A stretch of 64,000 bases of DNA from Gammaproteobacteria bacterium (GTDB lineage: Bacteria > Pseudomonadota > Gammaproteobacteria > JADZEE01), in NCBI GenBank assembly GCA_965225625.1, contig CBDDBH010000025.1, forward strand, positions 96,152 through 160,151, given 5' to 3'. The notes under the pieces are model-generated. The model ran no database searches and was not told the origin of the DNA. It saw only the letters and a program-made list of their open reading frames with translations. Shown here piece by piece: positions 52,090 through 63,209 of this stretch. Position 1 is the stretch's first letter. Every line of letters begins with the position of its first letter. Made by a program: the position numbers and the translations under genes.

Positions 52090-52470
52090 ATGTCGGAATC
52101 TTCAAATGACGCAGGATTACTCAACCATCTATCCTGGTGGGGCGTTCCGACTTTTTTTCGATGCGAGCACGATCCAGCGCTATCCGATCTGGAAATCCGT
52201 CTTGTAGGTATCCCTCACAGCAGCGGTAATGGGTCCACCGAACGGGACCAGCATCTTGGACCAAGGGCTGTACGGCTGACGTCAACTGGCTATCGACGTC
52301 TACACCGGGAATTCAGGATTTCTCCCTAGGACACCTGCCGCATCCGTGATCCGGGTGATGTTCCTTTGCCGCGTGCAATGGTCAATGAAGCATGTATAAG
52401 CGATATTGAAACGTACTATCGTGAATTAGCGAACGCTGGTATACGACCGGTTGCTGTAGGGCCGTAGATT
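52090..52470 (+). pseudogene. Agmatinase/arginase-family gene remnant (N-terminal ~125 codons spread over two frames)
   Basis: WWGVPTFFRCEHDP...DLEIRLVGIPHSSGNGSTERDQHLGPRAVR is followed, after a frame change, by IRDPGDVPLPRAMVNEACISDIETYYRELANAGIRPVAVGP*. Confidence 0.5.
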
Positions 52471-52884
52471 TATAGATATGAAAGGCTAACAACGCCGACC
52501 GAACTCAATATTAGAACTCGGCTCAACAGATTGTATTGTTCACGCAAGTAGACTTCGTTACCACCCATCCCGCATTTATCAAACGTACCGTGCTCGGCGC
52601 AGTTTTCCTTGCGTATAAACTACGAAGTAATTGGGACACCATATCCAGCGGACTCAAAACTTAGAAATTCCGGTATTTGGATAGTAGTGTTACCTGTGAA
52701 TTTCGCTGGGGATCCAAGTTATCTATTAGTTACGGATTTGTTCGCCAGCGGATAATGAAGTCGGTATGCTATCTCCTGGGTTCCCCGCGCCCGCGCAAGT
52801 ATGTGATCAGCCCACAGTCAAAGCATTTCTAAACCGGCCGCGCCAGAACGCACTCATGTGACGTTCCCAGGAGGTGTCTAGCAG

Positions 52885-55800
52885 ATGGCGCTGAGAAAGA
52901 GCAGTACGAAAACAAACTCCGGGTCTTCGACGAGTAAGAAAAGAACCTCGAGAACCGCCCAAAAGCGTACATCTAAGAGTGCGGATGCTGCGCGGGTCGA
53001 GGATACCGCATATCTGCATTTACTGCAGAAACTCGCAGTTGCCGCCAATGAAGCCTCGACTGTCGAAGAGGCGTTTCAGGTGTGTCTCGACGAGGTGTGC
53101 GCGCTTACAGGGTGGCCGGTGGGCAATGTATACCTGCTAGGCGAAGACGGCACCGGTGATCTCGTTCCGGCTGGGCTGTGGCACCTCGACAAACCCCGGA
53201 AGTTCAAAACCTTTCGGGACATCACCGAAAAGACGCGGTTCGCGCCGGGTATTGGTCTGCCCGGCCGCGTCCTGGGCAGTGGTGAGCCATTGTGGGTCAC
53301 CGATGTCACTCAGGACCCCAATTTCGCTCGCGCAAAGCACGCCGAAGATATTGGCGTTAAAGCGGCTTTTGGGTTTCCGGTGCTGGTGGGAACTGAAGTT
53401 ACGGCCGTGCTGGAATTCTTTGCCGTTGACGCCATAGCGCCTGATAAACAATTACTGGAAGTGATGGCGCATGCGGGAACGCAACTTGGGCGGGTCATTG
53501 AGCGCAAACGAGCTGAAGAAGCGCTCAAGGTGGCAAAGGACGCAGCCGAACGCGCTTCGGCTATCGCTAAAACGACGCTTGAGAACACGGGCCAGGGGAT
53601 CCTCATGGTGGATGGCGATGGCCAGATTCTCGTGCACAACGATCAGATGCTCGACTACGTTGGGGTATCCAAGGAAGCGGCGGCGGACTGTCGTACTTTC
53701 GAAGAATTGCTTGAGGCTGGCAAACAAAACGTCAGTGAAGAATTTGTGCAACGGTCCAGTCGTCTTGCCCAGGAAAGCGGTTATGCGAGCTACGAACTTT
53801 CGACTGAAGACGGCAAGTGCATCGAGATCCGGCAGACTCCGCTCACCGATGGAGGGTTCGTTCGCACCTATACCGACATCACCGAGCGCAAACGCGACGA
53901 ACAAGCGCTACGCGAAAGCGAAGAACGACTCCTGTCCCTTCTCGAAGCGAGTCCAGTCGGCGTGGCGATCACCCGAGACGAAGATTCAAAGGTTGTATTT
54001 TTGAATACGCGTTTTGCTGAGTTGTTCCACATAGAAAAAGACGAAATGCTTGGGCAAAACGCCAAACGACTCTATGCGCATGTCACGGACAGGCAGCCGC
54101 TGATTGAGGAGTTAAGGACCAAAGGCGAAGTCCGCGACATGGAAATGATGATGCAGCGGCCGGATGGAGGTACTTTTTGGGAGTTGATGTCTCTCTTCCC
54201 GATGGCCTACCAGGATCAACCTGCGATTGTGGGTTGGCATTACGACATCACCGAGCGCAAGCAGGCTGAGAAAACACTAACAGAGCGTGAAACAAAGTTC
54301 CGAAGTCTGTTTGAATCCTCGCGCGATGCGGTGTTGCTAATCGACGATGAAGCTTTTCTCATTGATTGCAACGAGGCGACGTTACGGATGTTCGGATCTG
54401 CCAGCATCGATGAAATGCGTAGTACGCACACCGCCGATCGGTCACCGACGGTGCAGCCGAATGGGCAAGCCTCGCGAGTCCTAATTGCCGAAAATAGAGC
54501 AGAAGCTCGTTTGACAGGCAGCAGCTTCTTTGAATGGACCTACCTCCGTGCGGATGGAACAGAATTTCCCGCGGAAGTGCGATTGAGTGCGATGGAGCTG
54601 GACGGGAAACCTGTAACGCAGGCGGTCGTTCGGGACATTACCGAGCGCAAGCAGACTGAAGAAGCCCTGCGCTTCCGTCTTGCATTGGAGCAACTGATAG
54701 GCAAAAGTTCATCTCGCTTTGCTATTGCGGATGATCTGGAAGCGGCTATTGATACGTCGTTAAAAGAGATCGGAGAATTTAGCGGCTCGCAGCGGGCGTA
54801 CCTATTTAAATTCTCAAGCGATGGGAGATTTATGACGAATACCAACGAATGGTGTGCGCCCGGAATAGAGTCTCAAATCGATATGTTTCAAAATCTTCCA
54901 ACGTCCGAATTGGGAGTAATGGATCTAATAAATCGACTTGCATCGGATGGGATTTATTATTGCAGAGATATTTCACAATTACCGCCAGAGCAACATGAAA
55001 TAAGAGAGTTTTTCACAAGTATAGGAATTAATTCTGTTGCGATTTTCCCGATTGTAGAGAATGGGCGCATGGTAGCGTTTACCGGTTTGGATGTTCCTCA
55101 GCGATTAAATGCAATGAGCAACCCGGATATATCACTGCTCAAGGTGTTTGGGGAAGGCTTATATGGCGCCGTTCAACGCCGCAAATCTGAAGACGCGGTC
55201 ATAGTTGCTAAGAATGAAGCAGAGTCGGCATCTGCTATTGCCAATACTACGCTTGAAAATATGGGTCAGGGAATACTAATGGTAGATGCAGACGAAAACG
55301 TCCTCGTCTGCAATGATCAACTGCTCGACTATATCGGCATTGACAAGGAAGCAGCGCGCCAGTGCCGATCCATGGAAGATTTCTTCGAACTCGGGACGGA
55401 AAGCTTTACCGATGAGGGTAAGGAGGAGGCTTTGCATTTCGCGGAAGTGGGCGGCCATGCGACTTGGCAGCGCGGCACCACGTCCGGCCGGGCACTGGAG
55501 GTTCGGCAAAATCCCCTGGCCGGCGGCGGCTTCGTCAGGACCTATACCGACATCACCGAGCGCAAACAGGCTGAAGAGCGACTTCGCTTCCAATTTGAAC
55601 TCGAGCAAATCGTGAGTGCCATATCCGAGCGGTTCGCAGCTACTGGCAATATCGATGTCGCAATCAGTAAATCGCTTGCAGAACTTGGAGAACTCACCGT
55701 CGGCAACCGAGTCTCTGTCTGGCGCATCTCGGCTGACCGCACAACGCGCTCCATGACTCACGAATGGTGCCGGGTCGGTATCGAGCCGCAGATAGAAATG

Positions 55801-58800
55801 TTCCAAAACATCAAATTGGAACCGCGCGAATTCTCACCGATTATTCAGGAAATATTTAAGGGTGAGCCTTTTCACCTACGCGATATACATGAACTCTCGG
55901 ATGAGAAAATCGGGATACGGGATTTTTTCCAGGAGATAGGCATCACGTCATTCGCGGTACTCCCCATTATGGAAGAAGGACAATTGATCGCGTATTTCAC
56001 CTTAAACGAACCACAGCGCTTGAGTAGTCTCGATACCCGGGATGTTTCGATGCTCCAGGTTTTCGGGCAGAGTCTGCACAGCGCAATCAAGCGGCGTGAA
56101 GCCGAGCAGCAACTCCTCAAATTGAACACCGATCTCGCCGCCAGCCAGGCACAGCTTCAGGACGTGACCAGTACTATGCCCGGGATCGTCTATCAAGACG
56201 TGCGAAAAGCTGATGGTGAATGGCAACTATTGTGGGCAAATCATGCTCTAGAGCGATATCACGGCGTGGAAGTTGAAACCATAAAAGAGGATTTTGCCGC
56301 CTTTGGCCGCTATATACCAAAGGAAGATGTTGAGGGTCTTATAGAAGTGATCGAGGAAAATTCGCGGACGTTGTCGGAATATACCTACGAATACAGAGTG
56401 CAGTTGCCGGGGCAAGACACCACCTGGTTAAGCGCCACGGCGACCCCACGCAAACAAGAAGACGACAGCATCATTTGGACCGGTGTTACGACAGACATCA
56501 CTGGACGCAAGCGAATGGAAGAGCGGCTTGAAGGAGCCCATCGGGATTTAACCGAGAGTCAGACTCAGCTTCAGGCCGTTCTGGATAATTCCCCCGCTCT
56601 GATTTACATCAAAGATGTAGAAGGCCGGTATCAGTTAACCAACCGCAAGTGGCTGGATGTCTTAGGCCTCGATGAAAAAAAAGTTATTGGGTACACCGAT
56701 GTAGAGGTATTTGACCCAGAATTTGCGGAGGGATTCGCAGCCAATGACCGTAGAGTGCTGGAAACGGGTCTCATGCAGGAAATAGAGGAGCAAGCGCCAC
56801 AAGCTGATGGTGTGCACACCTATATGTCCTACAAGTTTCCGCTACTAGATCAATTGGGCCGAACTTACGCGGTGTGCGGCATTTCGTCGGACATCACCGA
56901 GCGTAAGCGGGCGGAAGCAAAACTCAAGCTGGCCCACGCTGAACTCGTCAAGAACCAAGGCTTAATCCAGGGGGTACTCGATCATTCACCGGCCCTGATT
57001 ACTATCAAGGACCTTGAAGGCCGGTTCATGCTGGCCGACCGTCAATGGCTGGACCAGATGGGACTCACCGAGGAGGCCGTGATGGGGAAGACGGACTTCG
57101 ACCTCTACCCCGAAGAGCTCGCCCGCAAGTTTGAGTCTGAGGATCGCAAGACCCTGGAGCTTGGCAAGGCATTGGAAAAAGAAGAAACCGCGCCCATGAG
57201 GGATGGTCTGCGTACCTTTTGGGTCTATAACTTCCCGTTGTTCGACGAGGAGGGGAAACCTTACGCGTTGTGCAACATCTCCACCGACATCACCGAGCGC
57301 AAACAGGCCGAAGAAGAACTCAAGCTAGCCCAGCAAGCGGCCGAGCAGGCCAGCCGAACCAAGAGCGCGTTCCTCGCCAACATGAGCCATGAGCTTCGTA
57401 CCCCAATGACTGTCATTACCGGATACTGCGAGATGCTGATGGAGGAGGCCGTGGATCTCGGACAAGACCACTTCCTACCCGATCTCGAGAAGATCAACCA
57501 AACAGCTAAGCATCTACGCGAGCTAATCGATCAGATCCTCGATCTGTCCAAGATCGAGGCCGGTAAGATGGAGTTGTACCTCGAGAGCTTCGACGTATCT
57601 TTGATGATTGAAGAGATTGCTACAACCATTACTCCAGTGATCGAGAAAAACGGCAACACCTTGGAACGAGAAATAGCAGATGATCTTGGGTCCATGCACG
57701 CCGATTTGACCAAGGTCCGGCAGTCGCTATTCAATTTGCTGAGTAATGCAGCAAAGTTCACCGAGCATGGGATCATCTCTTTGCGCGTAGCGCGCGAGGA
57801 TGATTGCTTCGAGTTCACCGTTGGCGATACCGGGATTGGGATCCAGGCCGACGACCTCAGCAAATTGTTCGAAGAGTTTACCCAGGCCGATTCCTCGACG
57901 ACACGACAGTACGGTGGCACGGGTCTCGGTCTCGCCATCACACGGCGCTTCTGCCAGATGATGGGCGGCGAGATTACCGTGGAGAGTACGGAGGGCCAGG
58001 GTTCATCGTTCACAATCCGCCTGCCGGCCAAGGTAGCTGACGCGGTCAAGCGCGAGGATAACCAAGCGCCGGATCCGGTCACAGAAGCGGTTGCAGCTTC
58101 GGTTTCAGGCGCTTCACAGACGGTTGTGGTCGTCGACGACGACGCCAACACCCGGGAATTGCTTTTAAGAACGCTGACGCGCGAAGGCTTCACTGTCGTC
58201 CAGGCCGCGACCGGTGAGGAGGGCCTGCGGCTGATCCGGGGAGTCAATCCCATTGCAGTCACCCTCGACGTTCTGATGCCAGGGATGGATGGTTGGTCGG
58301 TACTTCGGGAATTAAAAGCCGACGAGGCGCTCCGTGATATACCCATTATCATGTTGACCATGGTTGACGAGCGCAACATGGGGTATGCACTCGGTGCCGC
58401 GGACTATCTGAGCAAACCGATCGATCGGGAACATTTATCGAGGATCTTGAAGAAATACCGCCGTGGAGACCCCCCATGCCCGGTCCTCGTAGTCGAGGAT
58501 GATCCGCAGACGCGCGAACTACAACGACGGCTCCTGGAAAAGGACGGATGGCGGGTCTACGAGGCTGAGAACGGTCGTGATGCGCTCGAAATCATGACCA
58601 AGCATCCACCGGTTTTGGTGATGCTGGATCTCATGATGCCCGTCATGGACGGCTTTGATTTCCTGTACGAAATGCGCCAAGTCGAAGCCTGGCGAACAAT
58701 ACCCGTTATAGTGGTTACGGGAACCGAGCTGACCGAGAAGGTTCGCCAGCGCCTGCAAGGCGAGGTCGAGCGCGTCATCGAAAAAGGCGCTGTCACCACA

Positions 58801-58848
58801 GATCAGTTGCTTACGCAGATACGAGAAACCCTGGCAGCATTGCGATGA
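52885..58848 (+). CDS. Hybrid sensor histidine kinase (N-terminal GAF, about seven PAS/GAF modules, HisKA, HATPase and two receiver domains)
   Basis: Module boundaries TDITERK(Q/R)AEE recur seven times. HisKA is MSHELRTPM. HATPase is GGTGLGLAI. The receivers are [14 protein letters not shown]...D and [14 protein letters not shown]...D. Confidence 0.85.
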   Translation: MALRKSSTKTNSGSSTSKKRTSRTAQKRTSKSADAARVEDTAYLHLLQKLAVAANEASTVEEAFQVCLDEVCALTGWPVGNVYLLGEDGTGDLVPAGLWHLDKPRKFKTFRDITEKTRFAPGIGLPGRVLGSGEPLWVTDVTQDPNFARAKHAEDIGVKAAFGFPVLVGTEVTAVLEFFAVDAIAPDKQLLEVMAHAGTQLGRVIERKRAEEALKVAKDAAERASAIAKTTLENTGQGILMVDGDGQILVHNDQMLDYVGVSKEAAADCRTFEELLEAGKQNVSEEFVQRSSRLAQESGYASYELSTEDGKCIEIRQTPLTDGGFVRTYTDITERKRDEQALRESEERLLSLLEASPVGVAITRDEDSKVVFLNTRFAELFHIEKDEMLGQNAKRLYAHVTDRQPLIEELRTKGEVRDMEMMMQRPDGGTFWELMSLFPMAYQDQPAIVGWHYDITERKQAEKTLTERETKFRSLFESSRDAVLLIDDEAFLIDCNEATLRMFGSASIDEMRSTHTADRSPTVQPNGQASRVLIAENRAEARLTGSSFFEWTYLRADGTEFPAEVRLSAMELDGKPVTQAVVRDITERKQTEEALRFRLALEQLIGKSSSRFAIADDLEAAIDTSLKEIGEFSGSQRAYLFKFSSDGRFMTNTNEWCAPGIESQIDMFQNLPTSELGVMDLINRLASDGIYYCRDISQLPPEQHEIREFFTSIGINSVAIFPIVENGRMVAFTGLDVPQRLNAMSNPDISLLKVFGEGLYGAVQRRKSEDAVIVAKNEAESASAIANTTLENMGQGILMVDADENVLVCNDQLLDYIGIDKEAARQCRSMEDFFELGTESFTDEGKEEALHFAEVGGHATWQRGTTSGRALEVRQNPLAGGGFVRTYTDITERKQAEERLRFQFELEQIVSAISERFAATGNIDVAISKSLAELGELTVGNRVSVWRISADRTTRSMTHEWCRVGIEPQIEMFQNIKLEPREFSPIIQEIFKGEPFHLRDIHELSDEKIGIRDFFQEIGITSFAVLPIMEEGQLIAYFTLNEPQRLSSLDTRDVSMLQVFGQSLHSAIKRREAEQQLLKLNTDLAASQAQLQDVTSTMPGIVYQDVRKADGEWQLLWANHALERYHGVEVETIKEDFAAFGRYIPKEDVEGLIEVIEENSRTLSEYTYEYRVQLPGQDTTWLSATATPRKQEDDSIIWTGVTTDITGRKRMEERLEGAHRDLTESQTQLQAVLDNSPALIYIKDVEGRYQLTNRKWLDVLGLDEKKVIGYTDVEVFDPEFAEGFAANDRRVLETGLMQEIEEQAPQADGVHTYMSYKFPLLDQLGRTYAVCGISSDITERKRAEAKLKLAHAELVKNQGLIQGVLDHSPALITIKDLEGRFMLADRQWLDQMGLTEEAVMGKTDFDLYPEELARKFESEDRKTLELGKALEKEETAPMRDGLRTFWVYNFPLFDEEGKPYALCNISTDITERKQAEEELKLAQQAAEQASRTKSAFLANMSHELRTPMTVITGYCEMLMEEAVDLGQDHFLPDLEKINQTAKHLRELIDQILDLSKIEAGKMELYLESFDVSLMIEEIATTITPVIEKNGNTLEREIADDLGSMHADLTKVRQSLFNLLSNAAKFTEHGIISLRVAREDDCFEFTVGDTGIGIQADDLSKLFEEFTQADSSTTRQYGGTGLGLAITRRFCQMMGGEITVESTEGQGSSFTIRLPAKVADAVKREDNQAPDPVTEAVAASVSGASQTVVVVDDDANTRELLLRTLTREGFTVVQAATGEEGLRLIRGVNPIAVTLDVLMPGMDGWSVLRELKADEALRDIPIIMLTMVDERNMGYALGAADYLSKPIDREHLSRILKKYRRGDPPCPVLVVEDDPQTRELQRRLLEKDGWRVYEAENGRDALEIMTKHPPVLVMLDLMMPVMDGFDFLYEMRQVEAWRTIPVIVVTGTELTEKVRQRLQGEVERVIEKGAVTTDQLLTQIRETLAALR

Positions 58849-59204
58849 TCCTGATCGTCGAAGACGACGCACTGATCCAGGACATGCTCGCGCGACGTCT
58901 GAAGCGCCGCGGGTTTGAAGTGATAACCGCTAGCGACGGCCAAGCGGCGGTTAGTCTCGCCACGCAAGAGATGCCGGACTTAATTCTCATGGACCTGAGC
59001 CTACCGATGATGGATGGTTTGAGCGCGACGCGTGCGCTAAAGGATGCGCCCAAAACGGCGGATATTCCGGTCATCGCAGTGACGGCGCATGCGATGGCCG
59101 GCGACCGAGAGAAAGCAATGGAAGCAGGTTGCGATGAATACGATACAAAGCCGATCGATTTCGAGCGACTGCTCGGGAAGATCGCTAATTTCGTCTCACC
59201 ATGA
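58845..59204 (+). CDS. Single-domain response regulator (CheY-like receiver)
   Basis: [15 protein letters not shown]...[13 protein letters not shown]...K. Its start overlaps the HK stop by 4 nt. Confidence 0.8.
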   Translation: MILIVEDDALIQDMLARRLKRRGFEVITASDGQAAVSLATQEMPDLILMDLSLPMMDGLSATRALKDAPKTADIPVIAVTAHAMAGDREKAMEAGCDEYDTKPIDFERLLGKIANFVSP

Positions 59205-60394
59205 CAAATCCAGGTGAATGGGCGCTAGCTGGCGAGATACTGGTCGTTGACGATAACGAGTTGATCCGGGACATGTTGTCGCGGCGTCTCGCCCGCCAGG
59301 GGCATATCGTAGCGACGGCGGTGGACGGCACGAGTGCCTTAGCGCTGATCGGAAAGCACCGCTTCGATGTCATCCTCCTCGACGTCATGATGCCTGGCAT
59401 GGATGGCTTCGAAGTCCTCAAACACATCCGTATCGAATATACGGCCTTGGAATTACCAGTCATCATGGTCACGGCTAAAGACCAGAGCGAGGACGTCGTG
59501 CGCGCACTCATGGCCGGCGCAAATGATTACGTCGCGAAACCTGTCGATTTCCCCGTCGCCCTGGCGCGGCTAAGCACACAGCTTACCTTGAGGCGTTCCC
59601 AAGAAGCCCTCCGGAAGGCTCACAGCCGGATGGAACAGGAGCTGGAGTTCGGGCGCACCGTACAAATGACCCTCGTCCCCGAGGTCTCTAGCGTGCTTTC
59701 CAACGATGATAATCTCGTGGCGGCGGCGACACTTCGGCCAGCACATGAGCTGGGTGGTGACTTCTATGACATCTTACGGTCCTCAGACGGCAGAGTGTGG
59801 TTCTGCATTGGCGATGTCTCTGGAAAGGGCGTAGCTGCCGCCCTGTTCATGGCGGTGGCAAAGACCCTCTTTGCATCGCTGGTATCTGAACTTCCGAGTC
59901 CTCGTGAAGTTGTCACCCGGATGAACAACGAACTGGCAAAGTACAATCCTTCAGCGATGTTTGTGACTTTTTTTGTGGCTGTGATTGAGCCGGATTCTGG
60001 AAATATCACCTTCACGAACGCTGGACACAACCCGCCGTTCGTCTGTCGAGGTCAAGACGGGGTGGACTTACTCGATGCCCGTCATGGACCAGTGCTCGGT
60101 GCAGTGGAGGATCTAGACTACGGAGAGGATCAGTTGACGTTGCAAGAGTCAGATGCGCTGTTCCTATACACCGACGGCGTTACCGAAGCGAAGGACGTCG
60201 ACGGTAAACTCTACGGCGAACAAAGGGTGCTGGATGTGCTTCGCTCGACCTCAAAGGAACCGTCGGCAATCGTTACAGCTATCGTGGATTCGGTGGACGC
60301 CTTCGCCGGGACCAAAGAGCAGGCAGACGACATCACGATATTCGTGATCCGCCGTGGAACAACAGCCTCTGTGCGCCACTCGCAGACGAATTAA
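59201..60394 (+). CDS. Response regulator with a PP2C-type (SpoIIE/RsbU-like) serine phosphatase output domain
   Basis: An N-terminal receiver (ILVVDDNELIRDML...D...K) and a C-terminal PP2C (GGDFYDIL ... GDVSGKGVAAALFMA ... DGVTEA). It has a 4-nt overlap with the upstream gene. Confidence 0.8.
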   Translation: MTNPGEWALAGEILVVDDNELIRDMLSRRLARQGHIVATAVDGTSALALIGKHRFDVILLDVMMPGMDGFEVLKHIRIEYTALELPVIMVTAKDQSEDVVRALMAGANDYVAKPVDFPVALARLSTQLTLRRSQEALRKAHSRMEQELEFGRTVQMTLVPEVSSVLSNDDNLVAAATLRPAHELGGDFYDILRSSDGRVWFCIGDVSGKGVAAALFMAVAKTLFASLVSELPSPREVVTRMNNELAKYNPSAMFVTFFVAVIEPDSGNITFTNAGHNPPFVCRGQDGVDLLDARHGPVLGAVEDLDYGEDQLTLQESDALFLYTDGVTEAKDVDGKLYGEQRVLDVLRSTSKEPSAIVTAIVDSVDAFAGTKEQADDITIFVIRRGTTASVRHSQTN

Positions 60395-60619
60395 ATTGGC
60401 TAGGTCAACCTGGGCTCGAATCCGCAAACTGCCGTTCAAGCGAAGTTGTCTCGATCTCTATAAGACCGACCGTGCTGTCAGAATTCTCAGTTCAGAGCAG
60501 ATAAGCTGCAAGCCTCGGTGCAGCCCTTGATTATTATAAATAACCGCACAGGGTGAAGAGGGATAATATGCAAACTTATTATGATTGTTGTCCGAGTTTG
60601 AACTCAAAAACGAGTTAGT

Positions 60620-63199
60620 TTGGTGCAGACTATTATTGTTTGTGATGGTCTCACGCGGGATGTATTGAGTCCGGAACTTCATTACCAAAGCAATAATGTT
60701 AATGTCGGCAGGCGTGAAATCGCACGACTGGTCGGAAGCGGTCGCCAGTACGGACAAGGTCCCCTCCCTCGGTTTCTTGAACTAGCGGCTGAGCAGGTTC
60801 GGCTGAAGGACGCATCGACACACCTGTTATTTCTTGTCGACGTAAATGCCGCCAAGACATCGGATACCGAAGCTGGTTGCAACATAAAACAGGTGCTCAT
60901 CGATCCGTTCGACAAAATCGCCGCCGATGCCGCTCTTGTCACATGCGTGCCAGCGCAGATGCCGTGGGTTCAAATCCAAGCCCAGATCCGCGACGTTGTG
61001 TCAAAAGAGGAACAGGTAAGGATTCTTATCGTCGGGTGTCATACGGACGGGCGGGTTCTAAGTACGGCACTCGTACTGCGAAACGTACTTGGGTATTCGG
61101 ATGTTGCGGTGTGCGCGCATCTTGTTGGTAGCAGTACGCAAGAGGCTCATTATGCGGCCCTGCGGCATCACCTGCCGTTGGCCGGGGTGCGAATTTTTTT
61201 GGATCTCGGAGAAGCAGCAGCTTTCGCTGGCTTAGACGCGAAGCGGGTTGAACAATTTAACCTACAGCCATGCATCATAGAACCGCGCGAAGTGCGTGAG
61301 GCGCTTAGCACCGAACAAAGCAGAATCATAGAACTCCTATGTTGTCACTGGACAAAGACACATCTCCGCTCATTACAGGGTGGCTACAGCGGCAGTCTGC
61401 TATTTCTTGCGGATGGTTGGCAAGGTACTGCGCGTACCGAGCCCATGGTGATAAAAATTGATGCTCGCGCGCAAATGCGTCGGGAGATCGAAGGCTATCA
61501 TCGAGTCAAAGATTTTGTTGGGAAGCATGTGCCTTCCTTCGGCTATCCCGTTTCGTTGCGAGACCACATAGGCGTTGGTATGGAATTAGCTGCCATGGAG
61601 GGGCAGCCAGAGACGCTTCAGGATCACTTTGAAGCGGCTGAGAATGAACTGGCCCTGAAACACTTTACAAATCGCCTTGAAAAAGTCCTGGGCCAGCTAT
61701 CTGAAAAGCTGTACCGCAATACGCTATTTCGAGCATCGGTCGTGCCCTACCGCGAGTTCGGACTTCATATAAAAGATCAATTGTTGTGGCTCGATGAAAA
61801 TGGCAAGCACATTACCGAGTATGTGGAAGCTGAACGCATCAAAGATGCGGGCATCGATGTTCGTCAAACCCAAACCATGCTGTCGCTCATTGCTTCGAAC
61901 GAGGATGGCATCGAGTCCGAGGTATGCATCGCTCACGGTGATCTGAATTTGAAAAACATCATTTGCGATCAGGCTGAAAATATCTGGTTTATCGATTGGA
62001 CCCACGCGGGCGAGTATCCACTCGAGCTAGATTTCGCCAAGCTGGAGAATGACGTCAAATTCGTAATGAGCAAGGACTTCGAACATGACGATTTGCCTCG
62101 GCTCAGACGATTCGAGGACTACTTGCTCAACCACCGGCTTCCAGATGCGCCCGATAATCTGCCCAGCGAACTCAAATTTGTCAAATGGGACCTTCGATAC
62201 CGTAAGATTCTTGCGGCGGTAAACTTGATCCGGCGGAAGTGTTTCGACCTCAAGGTAGGTGATGGTTGGTTGATTTACCAGGTCGCATTACTGAAATACG
62301 CACTGCACACGCTAAGTTTCGATGCCCGACGTAATCGGGGCGAATGCAAGCTAATTCAACTGATATATGCACTTTATTCTGCGGGAACGCTGTGCTTCAA
62401 ACTGGTCACAGATGATTTCCATCTTCGAATTCGTGGCGAACGTCCTGCTTCCTACCCGGCTCGGCAACGAATATCCATTGACCAGGCCCCGTGGAGCGTA
62501 GAAGTTGGTAACTACGATCCGCCGTATCACGTGGATGGAGACGTCCTCGAAAACGATCGTCACCTACAAAATGGCGGGTGGGCAGACCCTGAAGATACCA
62601 GATTACTCGGAGGGGACGTCTCGACTGGAGAATCTCAACGCGCCGATGACCTCGGCCGCCCGCTAAATCCGCGTGGACGTACTGGAATTGCGGGACGCGG
62701 AATGCTCGGCGGGTGGGGTGCTAATCCAGCAGTCGGGGCAGTTGTCACGCGCTCAACCGGTGAATCGAACCCCATCGAAATACTCGTTGGAAGGCGCGAG
62801 GGACAGACAATCTTGTCTCTACCAAGGGGCTTTCTGTTTAGCGGGGAGACTGCAGAACAAGCCATGTCTAGAATTGCGTTGAGCAAAGTTGGTTGCCAGA
62901 TCGACTTTGACGAAGAAGATGTGATGTTCGACGGGTTTTATTACGACGTTCGGCAAACAGACCACGCATGGGTCGAATTACGCGCTTATTTAATCACTCC
63001 GAAGCGAGAATTCAGGGCTCCCGTGTTACGTTCCACGGATGCATTCAGCGAAGTAGAGTGGAGGCCGCTGGTGGCGGATACGATCAACGTTATCAGCTCT
63101 AGTGGGGCACGACTCGTGCGAGAAGCCGTTTCACGTCTGCGCGATGCTGGCGCGATGCCAGAAGCAGAAGCAACCCGGCTATTGGAAAGGACGGGTTGA
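60620..63199 (+). CDS. Three-domain fusion protein: N-terminal isochorismatase/nicotinamidase-like hydrolase fold, central kinase-like (APH/choline-kinase-type phosphotransferase) fold, and C-terminal NUDT9-like Nudix (ADP-ribose pyrophosphatase-type) domain
   Basis: The N-terminus has LLFLVDVNAAK ... ILIVGCHTDGRVLSTALVLRN. The centre has CIAHGDLNLKNIICDQAENIWFIDWTHAGE (the Brenner phosphotransferase motif). The C-terminus has NPRGRTGIAGRGMLGGWGANPAVGAVVTR and a Nudix-like ...E...E segment, as in NUDT9. A TTG/GTG start is assumed. Confidence 0.55.
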   Translation: MVQTIIVCDGLTRDVLSPELHYQSNNVNVGRREIARLVGSGRQYGQGPLPRFLELAAEQVRLKDASTHLLFLVDVNAAKTSDTEAGCNIKQVLIDPFDKIAADAALVTCVPAQMPWVQIQAQIRDVVSKEEQVRILIVGCHTDGRVLSTALVLRNVLGYSDVAVCAHLVGSSTQEAHYAALRHHLPLAGVRIFLDLGEAAAFAGLDAKRVEQFNLQPCIIEPREVREALSTEQSRIIELLCCHWTKTHLRSLQGGYSGSLLFLADGWQGTARTEPMVIKIDARAQMRREIEGYHRVKDFVGKHVPSFGYPVSLRDHIGVGMELAAMEGQPETLQDHFEAAENELALKHFTNRLEKVLGQLSEKLYRNTLFRASVVPYREFGLHIKDQLLWLDENGKHITEYVEAERIKDAGIDVRQTQTMLSLIASNEDGIESEVCIAHGDLNLKNIICDQAENIWFIDWTHAGEYPLELDFAKLENDVKFVMSKDFEHDDLPRLRRFEDYLLNHRLPDAPDNLPSELKFVKWDLRYRKILAAVNLIRRKCFDLKVGDGWLIYQVALLKYALHTLSFDARRNRGECKLIQLIYALYSAGTLCFKLVTDDFHLRIRGERPASYPARQRISIDQAPWSVEVGNYDPPYHVDGDVLENDRHLQNGGWADPEDTRLLGGDVSTGESQRADDLGRPLNPRGRTGIAGRGMLGGWGANPAVGAVVTRSTGESNPIEILVGRREGQTILSLPRGFLFSGETAEQAMSRIALSKVGCQIDFDEEDVMFDGFYYDVRQTDHAWVELRAYLITPKREFRAPVLRSTDAFSEVEWRPLVADTINVISSSGARLVREAVSRLRDAGAMPEAEATRLLERTG

Positions 63200-63209
63200 G
63201 AGCCGAGTT

